A stretch of DNA of 64,000 nt from Pelomyxa schiedti. Lineage: Eukaryota; Protista; Evosea. The notes beneath the pieces were generated by a model. The model was not told the DNA's origin and made no database searches. It worked only from the letters and a program-made list of their open reading frames with translations. The stretch's first letter is position 1; each line of letters opens with the position of its first letter. Shown piece by piece: positions 12,044 through 22,823 of the stretch. The position numbers and the translations under genes are program-made. The stretch covers positions 5,101 to 69,100 of the forward strand of contig JAHLWZ010000862.1 in assembly GCA_020536535.1 (NCBI GenBank), given 5' to 3'.

Positions 12044-14459
12044 CTATAGCTGCATCTCCAACCACAGGCTTGTCAGCCACCTTGTACCCTCATGCGGAGT
12101 GTCAGGCACCATGTCAGCCATTGTGAGTCCCTCCACAGTACGAACTGTGACTTGAATGTGAAGTGGTGAGGCCATGGCAAACTTCATGAGGTGTTCCTTG
12201 AGAAATTCGGCTGTTATGTCCGGAAACACACGCAGTAGCATCTTCCACGTGCTGAGAGACATACTGTTCTCTGGATGAAACCATGGAAACCGTTTCACCA
12301 CTGAGCAGATCTTTTATTTTATAGTTGGGTGAAAGTACAGGGTAATAGAAAATGACCTCGTCCAAGGTTATGTGGAACTTGCGTATCAACCACTCGGCGC
12401 AATTGGTCTTTTGTCCGTAAAGCAACTCTAACAGCAGGGTATTCTCACATGCCTTGACTTGTTCAACATTCAAGTGAAATCGGTTGATCAAGTACTTCAC
12501 GACTTTTCCAGATTTCACATGAACATGGTTTGTCAAACCTTCGGCAACATCTTCTGAAGAGAAGTTCCCATGTGATAACAGCTGCATTAATTTGGAAACG
12601 TTTGCACAGCAAACAGCTTGCTCTACAGCAAGTGGCCTGACAGAAGGGGGAATTGAAAAATTGAGTTTGTCCAGTAGAAGCAATACTGCATTCAACTCGG
12701 TGAATTGCAAGTTGTTTTCCACTGCTTCACACACTGCGATTTCACTGAGGATGTGAGGTGCAATTTTCGAAAGGAACCACTCAAGGCCATTGAAGGAATT
12801 GATTTTTGGGAAAATTGAGTTGGCTACACATGGGTCTGCATTCACACTATCCATCACATGGAAGGTCTTTTCCAACCAATCTGCAATGGAAGTATTGCTG
12901 TGATCGAGGGAGTCCTGGAGGCATCTATGGAGTTGTTCCGTTGTTAGTGGTGGTACCGTTATTGGCAACAGGGTATTCAATACTGACACGTTGTCATGCC
13001 TGTTGCCACATGCTGAAATGAATATGTCAGGGGTACATGGCCCAAATCCGTCAGAGGTGAGGAGTGTAGGAAGCCACAGAAGGAGCTCCAGGCTTTTGGA
13101 ATTCCTAAGGGCATAGGAGAGATCATTCTCTGTCAGTGGGACAGTGAAATTTTGAACCACCCATTTGAAAGCTTTTTCTTTGTTGATGTTTAACTTTGGA
13201 AGACTTGTAACTGAAAATGACTCCTTAATCCACTGGCACCCTTCTTCCACATCACTCTCGTCCCGTGACGAACATCGAATGAATGAGGACAGAATATCTA
13301 CCCCATCACCTGGGTCCTTTTCCTTACCACAGAACCACTCAGCACACAGCTTCACAATTTCCAAACTTGGGGTTCCAAAGAAGTCTTCCAAACTCCATGG
13401 ATCAATATTCATTGCAATTCTGCAGGCAGCCAAAACACAAGTCGAGGACGCCAGCCATTTCACAACATCAACATTGCCCTGTGCCACAGCACTATGAAAT
13501 GGTCCAACCAGCTCCCATCCCTCTCGGCCCACGTCAAACGTGGATATCACCCATTTCACAGCATCAACGTGCCCTCCTCTGCAGGCATCCCACAGTAGGC
13601 TTGCAGTGGTAATTGCAGTTGCATCCCTGATGTCATCCAGCATGTCTCCCACTGGCCACGATAGTGGAACACCCCTCCAGCCCTCCTCATTCCTACCCCC
13701 ACTCTGCACCAATTCTTGCGCCATGTCAATATGACCACCTGTACATGTTATGGTCATTGATTGGCCCCTGAATGAATTCCAACAACATCACGTCGAACTG
13801 AACTGAACTCTACAAAGTTGATAACAAACATAAGCACTACAAAGACACACACACACACACACACACACACACCACACACACACCACACACACACCACACA
13901 CACACCACACACACACCACACACACAACACACACACAACACACACACCACACACACACCACACACACACCACACACACACCACACACACACACACACACA
14001 ACACACACACAACACACACACAACACACACACAACACACACACAACACACACACAACACACACACCATAGCATAGACCCCTCAATACAGTGAGGCAGTCC
14101 TTTCTGTTGTTGTTTTTCGTGCTTTTGTCCTTGCTGTGCAACAGTATCCACCTCAGGCACCTCAGGCTCGCAGCCCTCCCTGCACACTTCAACGCGACGT
14201 AGCGGGACGTGAACAGGGCCTGCATGTCCGCGTCCTCGTCAGGATCCACGGCGTCCGCGGCAAGCACGGCGCGGCAGGCCCTCGGCACCAGCGGGAAAAG
14301 GGCCTCGGCGAGCCCCAGCGCCCACACGTAGTCGATTATGGGAACGGCCGACGAGCGGCGACGCCGGCCCAGCACAGTCGGGACTACGACGTGGTCCCAA
14401 ACGACACGCGAAACGAGGAGCAACTGCAACACGCCTTCATCCCGTGGCGCACTCTGCAT
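12044..14459 (-). CDS. Degenerate ankyrin-repeat-like protein (3 exons)
   Basis: Ankyrin-like units LRGLCYG/GHIDMAQEL, LWDACRGGHVDAVKWVI, FHSAVAQGNVDVVKWLA. Intron 13739-14065 joins YG|GHID in frame; a second intron after ITLDE leads to ICSVVKRFPWFHPE..LEMQL*. Confidence 0.75.
13845..14065. repeat. Compound (CA)n microsatellite with higher-order units (cacacacacca / cacacacaa)
   Basis: About 220 bp of almost pure C/A sequence read directly; it fills most of intron 1 of the ankyrin-like gene. Confidence 0.97.
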
Positions 14460-14576
14460 AGTGTCCCTTCGATCCCGCAGAAAAAACAAGTTGTTCACGC
14501 CACGAAACCAAGACCTCAGGAAACAAACAAAAAAAAAAAAAAAAAAAAAAAAAAACTCGAAGACAATTAACAAGCG

Positions 14577-15933
14577 ATGCAACAAGCGGAAGGCGCGACA
14601 AACAACGTGGTGGTGACGCCGCCGGAAGCAACGACGGCAGCGACGTCGGCGGCCGAGGTCCCCACGACCGCGTCGTCTCCGTCGCTGTCGCCGCCGCCGA
14701 GCACCGACCCGACGAGGGCGACGTCGCCCGCGCCGCTGGAGGTGCCGCCGAGCGCGGCCGCGACGTCGGGGACCGCCAAGACGACCACGACGACGACGCC
14801 GGCGACCACGATGGTGGGGATGCTGAGGGGCAGGGTGGCGTTGGTCACCGGCGCCAGTCGCGGAATCGGCAGGGCTTGTGCCCTTGCCCTAGCAAAAGTA
14901 CGTGTCTGTGTGTGTTCGATGGTTGACCTTTGTCATTATTATTATTTTTTTCCTTTTTTTTTTTTTTAGTTCTACTTTTTTCCCTCTTCCTTTTCGTGAC
15001 TATTTGTGGGTGACAAGAAGCAAAGTATGGATTATTAATTCTCGTTTAGGCTGGAGCGGACGTGGCTATAAACTACCACTCGAGAGAGGTGGCGGCACAG
15101 GAGACAGCTAGAATGATTAGGGAAGTTGCTCCAGAATCTCGCGTGATTGTTGTGCAGGCTGATGTGGGGAAAGCTGACGCAGTCAGGGCAATGGTTGCTC
15201 AAGTAAACCGCAGGCTTGGCACTATCGGTGTTCTTGTAAATAATGCAGGGATTGCTCCAACCACACCTCCCGATGAAATCACTGAAGACGATTTTGACTC
15301 TGTAATTGAGACCAACTTGAAGGTTATTCATACTACTTTCCCGATTGTACTTACTATTCTCAAGTCTGCATTTTTGCTTTCACAAGCAGTGATCCCAGGA
15401 ATGTGCTCCCAAGGCTGGGGAAGGATCATAAACATCACTAGTGTAGCAGCTTACACTGGTGGCGCAGTAGGTGCCCTGAGTTTTATATTTATTGGTGCTG
15501 TTTTTGAAACACAATTAATCACTATCTTTTCCAGGTCCCCACTATGCCGCATCCAAGGCGGGAATGATAGGCTTGACCAACAGTTACTCCAATTTGTACG
15601 TCAAGGAAGGAATTACAGGTTTTGCCCCCTTTACAATTATCGATAAGTGCATAATTCTCTTCTACCCAACCCAGTTAATGCTGTTGCCCCCGGACTTGTA
15701 CTCACAGAGACACAAAGCGATGGTGGAGCATTGGACAAAATGCTACCACTCACTGGTCCAGGAAGATTTGGATTCCCTGAGGAAGTTGCTCAAGTTGTGG
15801 TCATGTTGGCTGGCAATGGATGTAATTCACTCACCCTCTTTTGTGATTCCTCCATTATTTCACTAACAATCACACAAAAAAAGATGTCACTGGGCAGACT
15901 ATAAATGTGGATGGTGGTATTTATAAAAAATGA
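14577..15933 (+). CDS. Classical short-chain dehydrogenase/reductase (FabG-like) with about 80-aa T/S/P/A-rich N-extension
   Basis: VALVTGASRGIGRA (TGxxxGIG), LVNNAGI, GRIINITS, PHYAASKAG (YxxxK), VNAVAPG, TGQTINVDGG; five phase-consistent introns; stop 15931-15933. Confidence 0.93.
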
Positions 15934-15987
15934 GGCTTTTTACTGGGTCCTTAAAACTTTTTTTTTATGTTTCTTTGCTTCTTCCTT

Positions 15988-18086
15988 TCAGTAGTTCTTT
16001 CGAAGTGACAGGAGTGCATTGTGAAGGTCATTGGCGTTGGGCATGTTTCTTAGAATATCACGAGGTCCAACCAAAACCAGTGTGGGTTTGCTCTCCAGTA
16101 GTTTGGTGGCAAATCTGTTCTTGGGTAAGTTGTTTGTAAAGTAAAAGCATGGGTCAAGCTACTTCACAACTGACTCTTTGGTCAAAGTACTGAGGAAGTC
16201 AAGAACATCACTTTGAGACATGTACGAGCTCCTGAAAAGAGGGGATAAGTACAGATGTTTGCGGTGGGAGATATTCACCTCATTAATAGTTGTCTGTTAA
16301 GGTCACAGGCGTGAACAGAGTCCGATTCATTGGCACTAAACATCATATGTTTAATGGCATTGATCATACGTTTGAACTCTTCATCTTCAATGTCTTTCAA
16401 TTTAAGGAGTTCTGATAGTAATACCTAGTTTCAATTTCAACCTACAGTCGAAATATTTTATACAAACCAGTAAGAATCGAGGGGTATAAGTGGGTGAACA
16501 AGATCCCTGCAGAAGAAACATCCCAGTGTCTCTGAAGGAAAAGTGTGCGGAGTACGCACTTTCCACCCAATCATGACAAAGAACGTTTGTGTACAGGCGC
16601 GTAAGGAGACCTCATGAGTAAATTAGATATTGATATCAAAAGATTTGCCAATATTCAAACCTTTTCCTGGACCACCCTCTGAAAAAGAAGAACCACCACC
16701 AAGAAGGGTAACCAGTGCACATGCCGCTATAAAATCAGAATCTTTCATTGACACTCCTTCGAATCCAAGACCTACCTGGTAGAGGTCAGTGGAGGAAAGG
16801 CTCTGCATTGCCTCCTACGTGCACAAGGTGAGCCTTATTTCCAGCCAGCATTGGCTTCATATCCTCAATAGGAAGTGTTTTGTCTCCACCCTATCAGTTG
16901 GACAACGCTTAATGCCTAAACTATCATGAACTCCCAATATAATAAATCAGACACAAAATGACAACAGAAAGGGGGAGCACTAGGTCTATAGAGAGGAAAG
17001 TGAACTCACCATGTACTTCTGTGTTGCAGAAGGACACTTATCTGCGGTCTTAGATATAGGCTTCTTAAAGAAGGCTTTGCTACGACGCACAGCTTCACTG
17101 CACTGTAGTCCTACGGTGGTAATGGCAACTCTACTGAGTGTAAGGAGTGTGAGGGTATGAAACCAACTCACCTGTCAGGTATTGTTTGCTGCACAAAATT
17201 TGCTAAATGACGGGGAGTTACAGCACGAAGTTCTGCTGAGGTTGGGTACTGAGACATTCCTAGTACTGAACCAGCAAAAGCTGTTGTGTGAGCAAGTTCA
17301 GAAACAAGAGTCTAGTTGTTGTTAATGAGAATTAAGGTCATTGGGGTACCTCAGGGTGGGACAATGCAGAGTCTCTTTCAATCTCAAGAACCCGAATTTC
17401 TTTGAGTAATTCCTCCTCTTTGAAGGTTGTATTCTGCAATGTACAGTTAAACACTGAAGGTTGCAAATGGCTTGTATTAATTTTAGGGTGACCTACTTGA
17501 AATGATTCAGAGAGAATGTCAAACACCAATTTGGTGTCACTGTGAAGAGCATGAATTATCTGAGTGTTACAGTCACGAAATGGCATAGTGACCAGAGATG
17601 CACCAATTTTGTGTAACGCCAGGCCAATTTCTGATGCAGTCCGTTTTTGTGTCGACTGTTGCACTGTAAAAATCGAAATAAAAAGGACAGAACGACAACC
17701 TTCAGTGCCATACGATCTGCCAGGCGACATACAGCACGATCAGAACTCCAGCTGGTGTCCACCGAAACAGCTAGTTAAAGAAGAAAAACAAATCCATAAA
17801 GTGAGTATCCAAGAGTAGTAATTCAGCAGTTACCAATGCAGGGTAGTAAAGAGTCAGTATTCTCGACAGTAGCTAGCCACGGCCTGTTGGAGGCAGCGGG
17901 CCACACCTGTGGCCTAGATCTCACATAATTGCGTTGCTGCCGCGAGATCTCGGCCGCTGCACCTTGTTCACCGCCACCGCTCGCGTGTCTCCGCCCAACG
18001 TTATCGCGTGACCAGATCTCTGCAATGTGCGGCCAAATCGCGCGCGGTTGCACGGAGCCACAACCCGGCGTCACACCCCCCAGCAT
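15988..18086 (-). CDS. PMPCA: Mitochondrial processing peptidase alpha subunit (M16B, non-catalytic)
   Basis: Hand-spliced: glycine-rich loop LLGGGSSFSEGGPGKG|LLTRLYTNVL, FRDTGMF, STQKRTASEIGLALHKIGASLVTMPFRD, C-terminal RFATKLLESKPTLVLVGP. RLADR occupies the position where beta subunits carry HxxEH. Confidence 0.88.
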
Positions 18087-18169
18087 CCAAAAACAAAAGG
18101 AGTCTTTTTTTCTTCGCCGTGGAAACTCGGGAAAAGAGAACCATCATTTCGCGTTAGTAGATCGTGTCG

Positions 18170-19384
18170 ATGGCGGCAGTTAAGGACTAGTATGTGTGTT
18201 GTTAGAAGGACAAGCCTTACTTGGAAACACAGTGACTATATAGTGAAATTACTTCTGGTTGGGGACTCGGGTGTTGGCAAGAGTATTTGTTTCTTTTTTT
18301 TTTCCCTTGTTCTCCCAAAATTTGAATGGCAACAACTAATGGTTATTTTAGGTTGTCTTCTTATGCGTTTTGTTGTATGTTACTTTTTTGCTCCACACTA
18401 AGAATTTCTCTATAATCACTCATAAGGATGACGAGTTCACACCCTGCTATATCTCCACTATAGGAGTGGATTTTGTGCGTGAATTTGATCGTCGTATCAG
18501 TTCTCTTTCTCCTTTGCACTAACTGAAGATAAGAAAATCAGGACGGTGCAACTGGAATCTAAGATACTAAAAACACAAATTGTAGGTCTTTTATTTAATG
18601 TTGTCATTAAATACAAGAGAATTATATAGAAAGATTCTTCACTAATTTCGTATTGGGAAAGTGGGATACTGCTGGTGAAGAAAGGTATAACTTGTCCTAC
18701 ATCCAATGACTCATCTTGGAACTAGATTTAGAACAATTACGACTGCATGTAATTCTAGAAAATGCCACCTCAAAATAACTCAACTACATTGGAAGATTAC
18801 AGAAACTGTAATGGGATGATTGTAGTATAGTGTGGCCGTTTCCTCATAAAAAGGAACCACTTACAGCTGTTTTAGTGATATCACTAATAGCACAAGTTTC
18901 GATAATATTGGACATTGGCTTGGCGAAATAGAGAGGAATTGCTCAACTGCACCGTTGAGGATACTACTAGGCAACAAGGTTGGTTTTAGTTTTTAGTACA
19001 AAATCATTTGGCGTAACATTCTAAACACATTATTCCCATAATGTACCCGTATTAGTTGGACTTAGCCGATCCCAGCAGACAGGTAGAATATAGCCGGGCC
19101 AAAAAGTTTGCTGATGAACATGGGATCAAATTCTGGTGTGTACTGCCAAACACAAACCATACCCAACATTTGGCTCAAAAAGGGAGACATCATCCAAGGA
19201 CTCCACAAATGTGGAGGAAGCTATTATGTCACTGCTTACTGACGTCAAGAGGATCAAGGAAGCTGAAGAAAGTGAATCCCAAACAAGAACAACAGCAGCA
19301 TCAACAAAGTCCTCCACTTCCGGTGTTTCCCTCATTGGGGGGAAAACCGACCCGTCGTCGCCCTCCCATCATTCTTGTTGTTGA
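18170..19384 (+). CDS. Rab GTPase, Rab1/Rab8-like, 11 exons, C-terminal CC
   Basis: YDYIVKLLLVGDSGVGKS, YISTIGVDFK, WDTAGEER, FRTITTAYYR, GNKLD, ETSSK, ending HHSCC*; ten GT-AG introns with consistent phases. Confidence 0.93.
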
Positions 19385-19537
19385 CCCGCCACCAATCACA
19401 AAGACACCCACCCAACGGTGGAGCCTGCAATTGGGGGTGTTCCTTGGAGAGCTCAGATCTCTAAAAAATGTTGAGCTTCGTTTCCCGTAATCTTGGGTCG
19501 CGATCATTTATCCGCCTGCTATTTTTGAACAGCGGAC

Positions 19538-22088
19538 ATGAAGTGCAACAAGCCACCGTGGAAACCCAGTACGCTCGTGTCACGTCTCAATTCCCGCCGT
19601 TTCTTCGAGTTTCCGTGTTAACCTTAGAACCCCGAATTTTTCATTTTTTTTTAACAACAGAGTGCGAGGCACCAACACTTAAACAAACTTTGACGTCTCC
19701 GGAGTTGCAACAGCACTTTGCGGAATTTCTCGAGGGCGAGTATGCTGAAGAAAACTTGATTTTGTGGAATGAAGTGGAGGGATACAGGAAGCTATCCCAG
19801 ATGGGTTCTTCTCCTTCGGTAGTTTTTTTTTTTTTTTTTTTTTTTTACTTTAGTTGACAATTTTGGGAAAGGTTCTAAGGGAGGAGATAAGGAGAATTTT
19901 TGAGTTATATATCAAGCCTGACTCGGAGTTTGAAGTTAATCTGCCTGGAAATATCCCCAAAAGCATTGAAGTTTCTTTGGAGACTTTCCCTCTAAATTCT
20001 TCCGGTGCTTCTGTGGAAGCCACTGCCCTCACTACAGAAGAGGAACTGCTTTACGAAGCTCAAGTGGAAGCTCACAACCTTTTATTGTGTCACTCATTCC
20101 CAAGGTGGTTAAAGTCTGTTGAGTGGGCACCAAGTTTGTTCCCAAATTGGCTGTCCATGCATAATTAATGACAATCGCAGCCAAAGTGGAAGAGGCTCCA
20201 CGTGGACCACCTGCCCCTCCTCCACCCGTGTGTATCCAAACCATTTCTGGATGGGGTTCCAATCTTTTATATAGAAAAGGAGTCCGCGGCCACCATCCCT
20301 TGCTATAACACTGGGAAACCCAGGCCTCCATAGAACTTTTAAAAAACACCTGTCAACTGCAGATCCTCGGATGTATGCTACTATTTGCCTCTGGGAAACA
20401 TTGGAGCAATTCTCTGCTCAGTCTTCTTCTACCCCACCAACAGTTTGCAATTTCTTGTGAAAGTGGCCAGTCCTCATTGAGTTTAGGAACTGAAGCGCGG
20501 AGCCAAAGATATTTTTGAAAAATATCTGAAACCGGGAACAACTCATTTCGCACCAATTAAGGAAGAGAAGAGGATACCAATAGGCAAGATGGTTTATGAT
20601 TCTACGAGTTTAGTTGGTTTCAAGCCCTCGATGTTTCTCCAAGTGCAAGGTTTGTCTTAAGTAGCATTGTGGCAAAAATCACACCAACAGATGATGCTTT
20701 TCAGCAGCTTCAAGTAGTCTACATAAAGTGGTGTAGCATGTTTGGGTGCTGGGAAGGGGTTCCTGCATCATCTGCAAATAGTCAAGTGACTCGCGTTAAC
20801 CTCAAGAATTCTCGACGATCAATCATTATTCAAAGACCTTCTTTGGTACAATTGACTCCTTTTGATTATCCTTCACACTTCTCACTCATCTTAGCCAGGT
20901 GAAAAGCAAGATTTTGATGGAGACAATCCTCCGTCGTTTGAACAAACAATGCAAAATATTTTTTTAAGGGCAAGGTGAGGGAGTTTTATTTGAACTCTCC
21001 CCTAATAGATAACAGATTTATGGACTATTTGAGGGCATTGGGGCTCCAAAATTTTGCCCACTTTTCGCAAGAGCTCGAGGAATTTGCCAATAATAAGCAC
21101 CTCTCTCCAGAAGTACTTTTTCCTGTCCGTCTCTTTGAGACTGAATCCCTTGTAGGCAGTGCAAGCTCAGGCTTGTATATTGTTCCGGAAATACATCACA
21201 TTTAAAGACCTCGAGGCCCAAGAACCTGTAAACCAACTTCCTATGTCAATAAGAGAGGACCTGCATGCGAGATTATTTACATCGTACACTCCTGGGTCAA
21301 ATCCATGTGATTCTAGCTCAACCCCCTCAACACCAACACCCTCTCCGTTAGCACCTTCCGCTTCCCCAAATACTGCGACTCCTACCTCACCATCGAGTGA
21401 GCCACCTGCACTTCCCGCTTCAACCTCTGGGGTAACCCGAGAAACCAGCGGCAGAAGGATAGTTACAGCGGCAGTATTTGACAAGGCTCGCGTATGGTGT
21501 CAACATCAGCTACAGGGAAAATACTTTGAGCTGTGGGCATCATCAATAGACGCATGGAGGGGTCCTTATCCTCCAATTGCGAAACCAAGAGGTTGCTCCT
21601 TGCAATTTTGAACACACATATTAACTATCACAGCAAGTGTAAATCCAGATTCTTCCTGTGTATCGATCCTTTCAATGCCCGGCGTACTTCTGCCCACACT
21701 GGCATCCACCCCCAATAAACCACTGCGTCCTCCACCCTCTACTCTCCTTCCCGTAAAAGCCAAGACTCCAACGCAAGCCAACAACTCCACTGACCCACAG
21801 CCACCATCATCACCCGTGACCAGCCATTACCAACCAACAACCAACATCACGCCGCGGAAGCAAGCCCCTTCGCCCCCAACATATCTCGCCCCGGCTCCTC
21901 CGCATACCATAGCACAACCAACTCCAGAGAAGACAGGACTACCCTGTTTGATATCCCTCAACTTCAACAATGACCAACAATCACAGCAACAATCCCCACC
22001 TCGCACAACAAGCACAACCACAGGAAACCCACGCCCAACATCCCCCTCATCATCGTCAACTTCAACAACAACCCATGGTGAGCTATAA
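19538..22088 (+). CDS. Protein with three tandem RGS-like domains and a Pro/Thr-rich tail
   Basis: RGS1: LKQTLTSPELQQHFAEFLEGEYAEENLILW..IFELYIKPDSEFEVNL..HSFPRWLKS. RGS2: SLAITLGNPGLHRTFKKHL..CLWETLEQF..AKDIFEKYLKPG. RGS3: SFEQTMQNIFLRARFMDYL..ILFRKYI..VFDKARVWC. Frame-preserving introns skip the ORF-track stops at 20166 and 21609. Confidence 0.72.
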
Positions 22089-22108
22089 GCAACTGGTAAT
22101 CACGCAGG

Positions 22109-22650
22109 TCACAACTGTGTGGTTGTACTACATAACCATGTCATTATCTGTGTTGTACCGGAACCAAATGAGAGAGGAAAAAACAACTCTTTTTCTCCCC
22201 CAACTCAAGCTAGCGTTTGAATTCCAAAAACAAACAAAAAAACCAAAAAAATTTTAATTGATAGGTCAGACCTCCACACAAGCCATCCCCATTGATAGAC
22301 CCATTGGTTGGCATCCAATCGGCCCTGGGGAACGATCTTCACAAGTTCACGCTCTGACTTGTGGGAATCAATGGCGGTCATCATCCCTATTTCACTTATG
22401 GACTCATGACTTGGATTCGGCACAATACTCCAGAAATGATCTTGAGAGTATGTCCAGAATGTAACGCCTCCTCCTTTCGGAACCTTGTTTTGAGCCTGTG
22501 AATTTTACTCTTATGGGAGGAAATACTGGGTTTGTTTCTTGTGATGAGAACTTCTACTGAGAACTCTCTAACACAGTGCACAATTCGGTAACCCCCACGT
22601 CGGCTATCATAATGCCGTCTCCGAAGTCAGATAGAATTCTCTCAGTTCTC
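22109..22650 (-). CDS. Hypothetical multi-exon orphan protein, Trp-rich; 5' end unresolved
   Basis: Exon AQNKVPKGGGVTFWTYSQDHFWSIVP..DANQWVYQWGWLVW joined by a phase-2 GT-AG intron to SLSWGEKELFFPLSFG..TQL*; no family recognised. Confidence 0.4.
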
Positions 22651-22823
22651 TGATGGGCTGTCAAGTAGGGAGGAAGCAACTGCGACCTGTCAATCCAAAC
22701 AAGGAATTTACCAATACAGAATTTCTTTCCTTTATAAGGTTGACACAGACCTGTCAAACCAAAAATAAAATACAAGCAACAAACCGAAAGCGAAAAACAA
22801 TCAATTTTCAAGTTGGACGATAA

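Noticed and set aside
13754-14187. Cys/Val-rich and His/Thr-rich ORFs (metallothionein-like or His-rich appearance)
   Set aside because: They are translations of the intronic CA/GT microsatellite.
20166-20170. TAATG stop/start overlap suggesting bacterial-style translational coupling
   Set aside because: It lies inside a phase-compatible GT-AG intron (GTTTGT..TCGCAG) that joins RGS domain 1 to the downstream exon.
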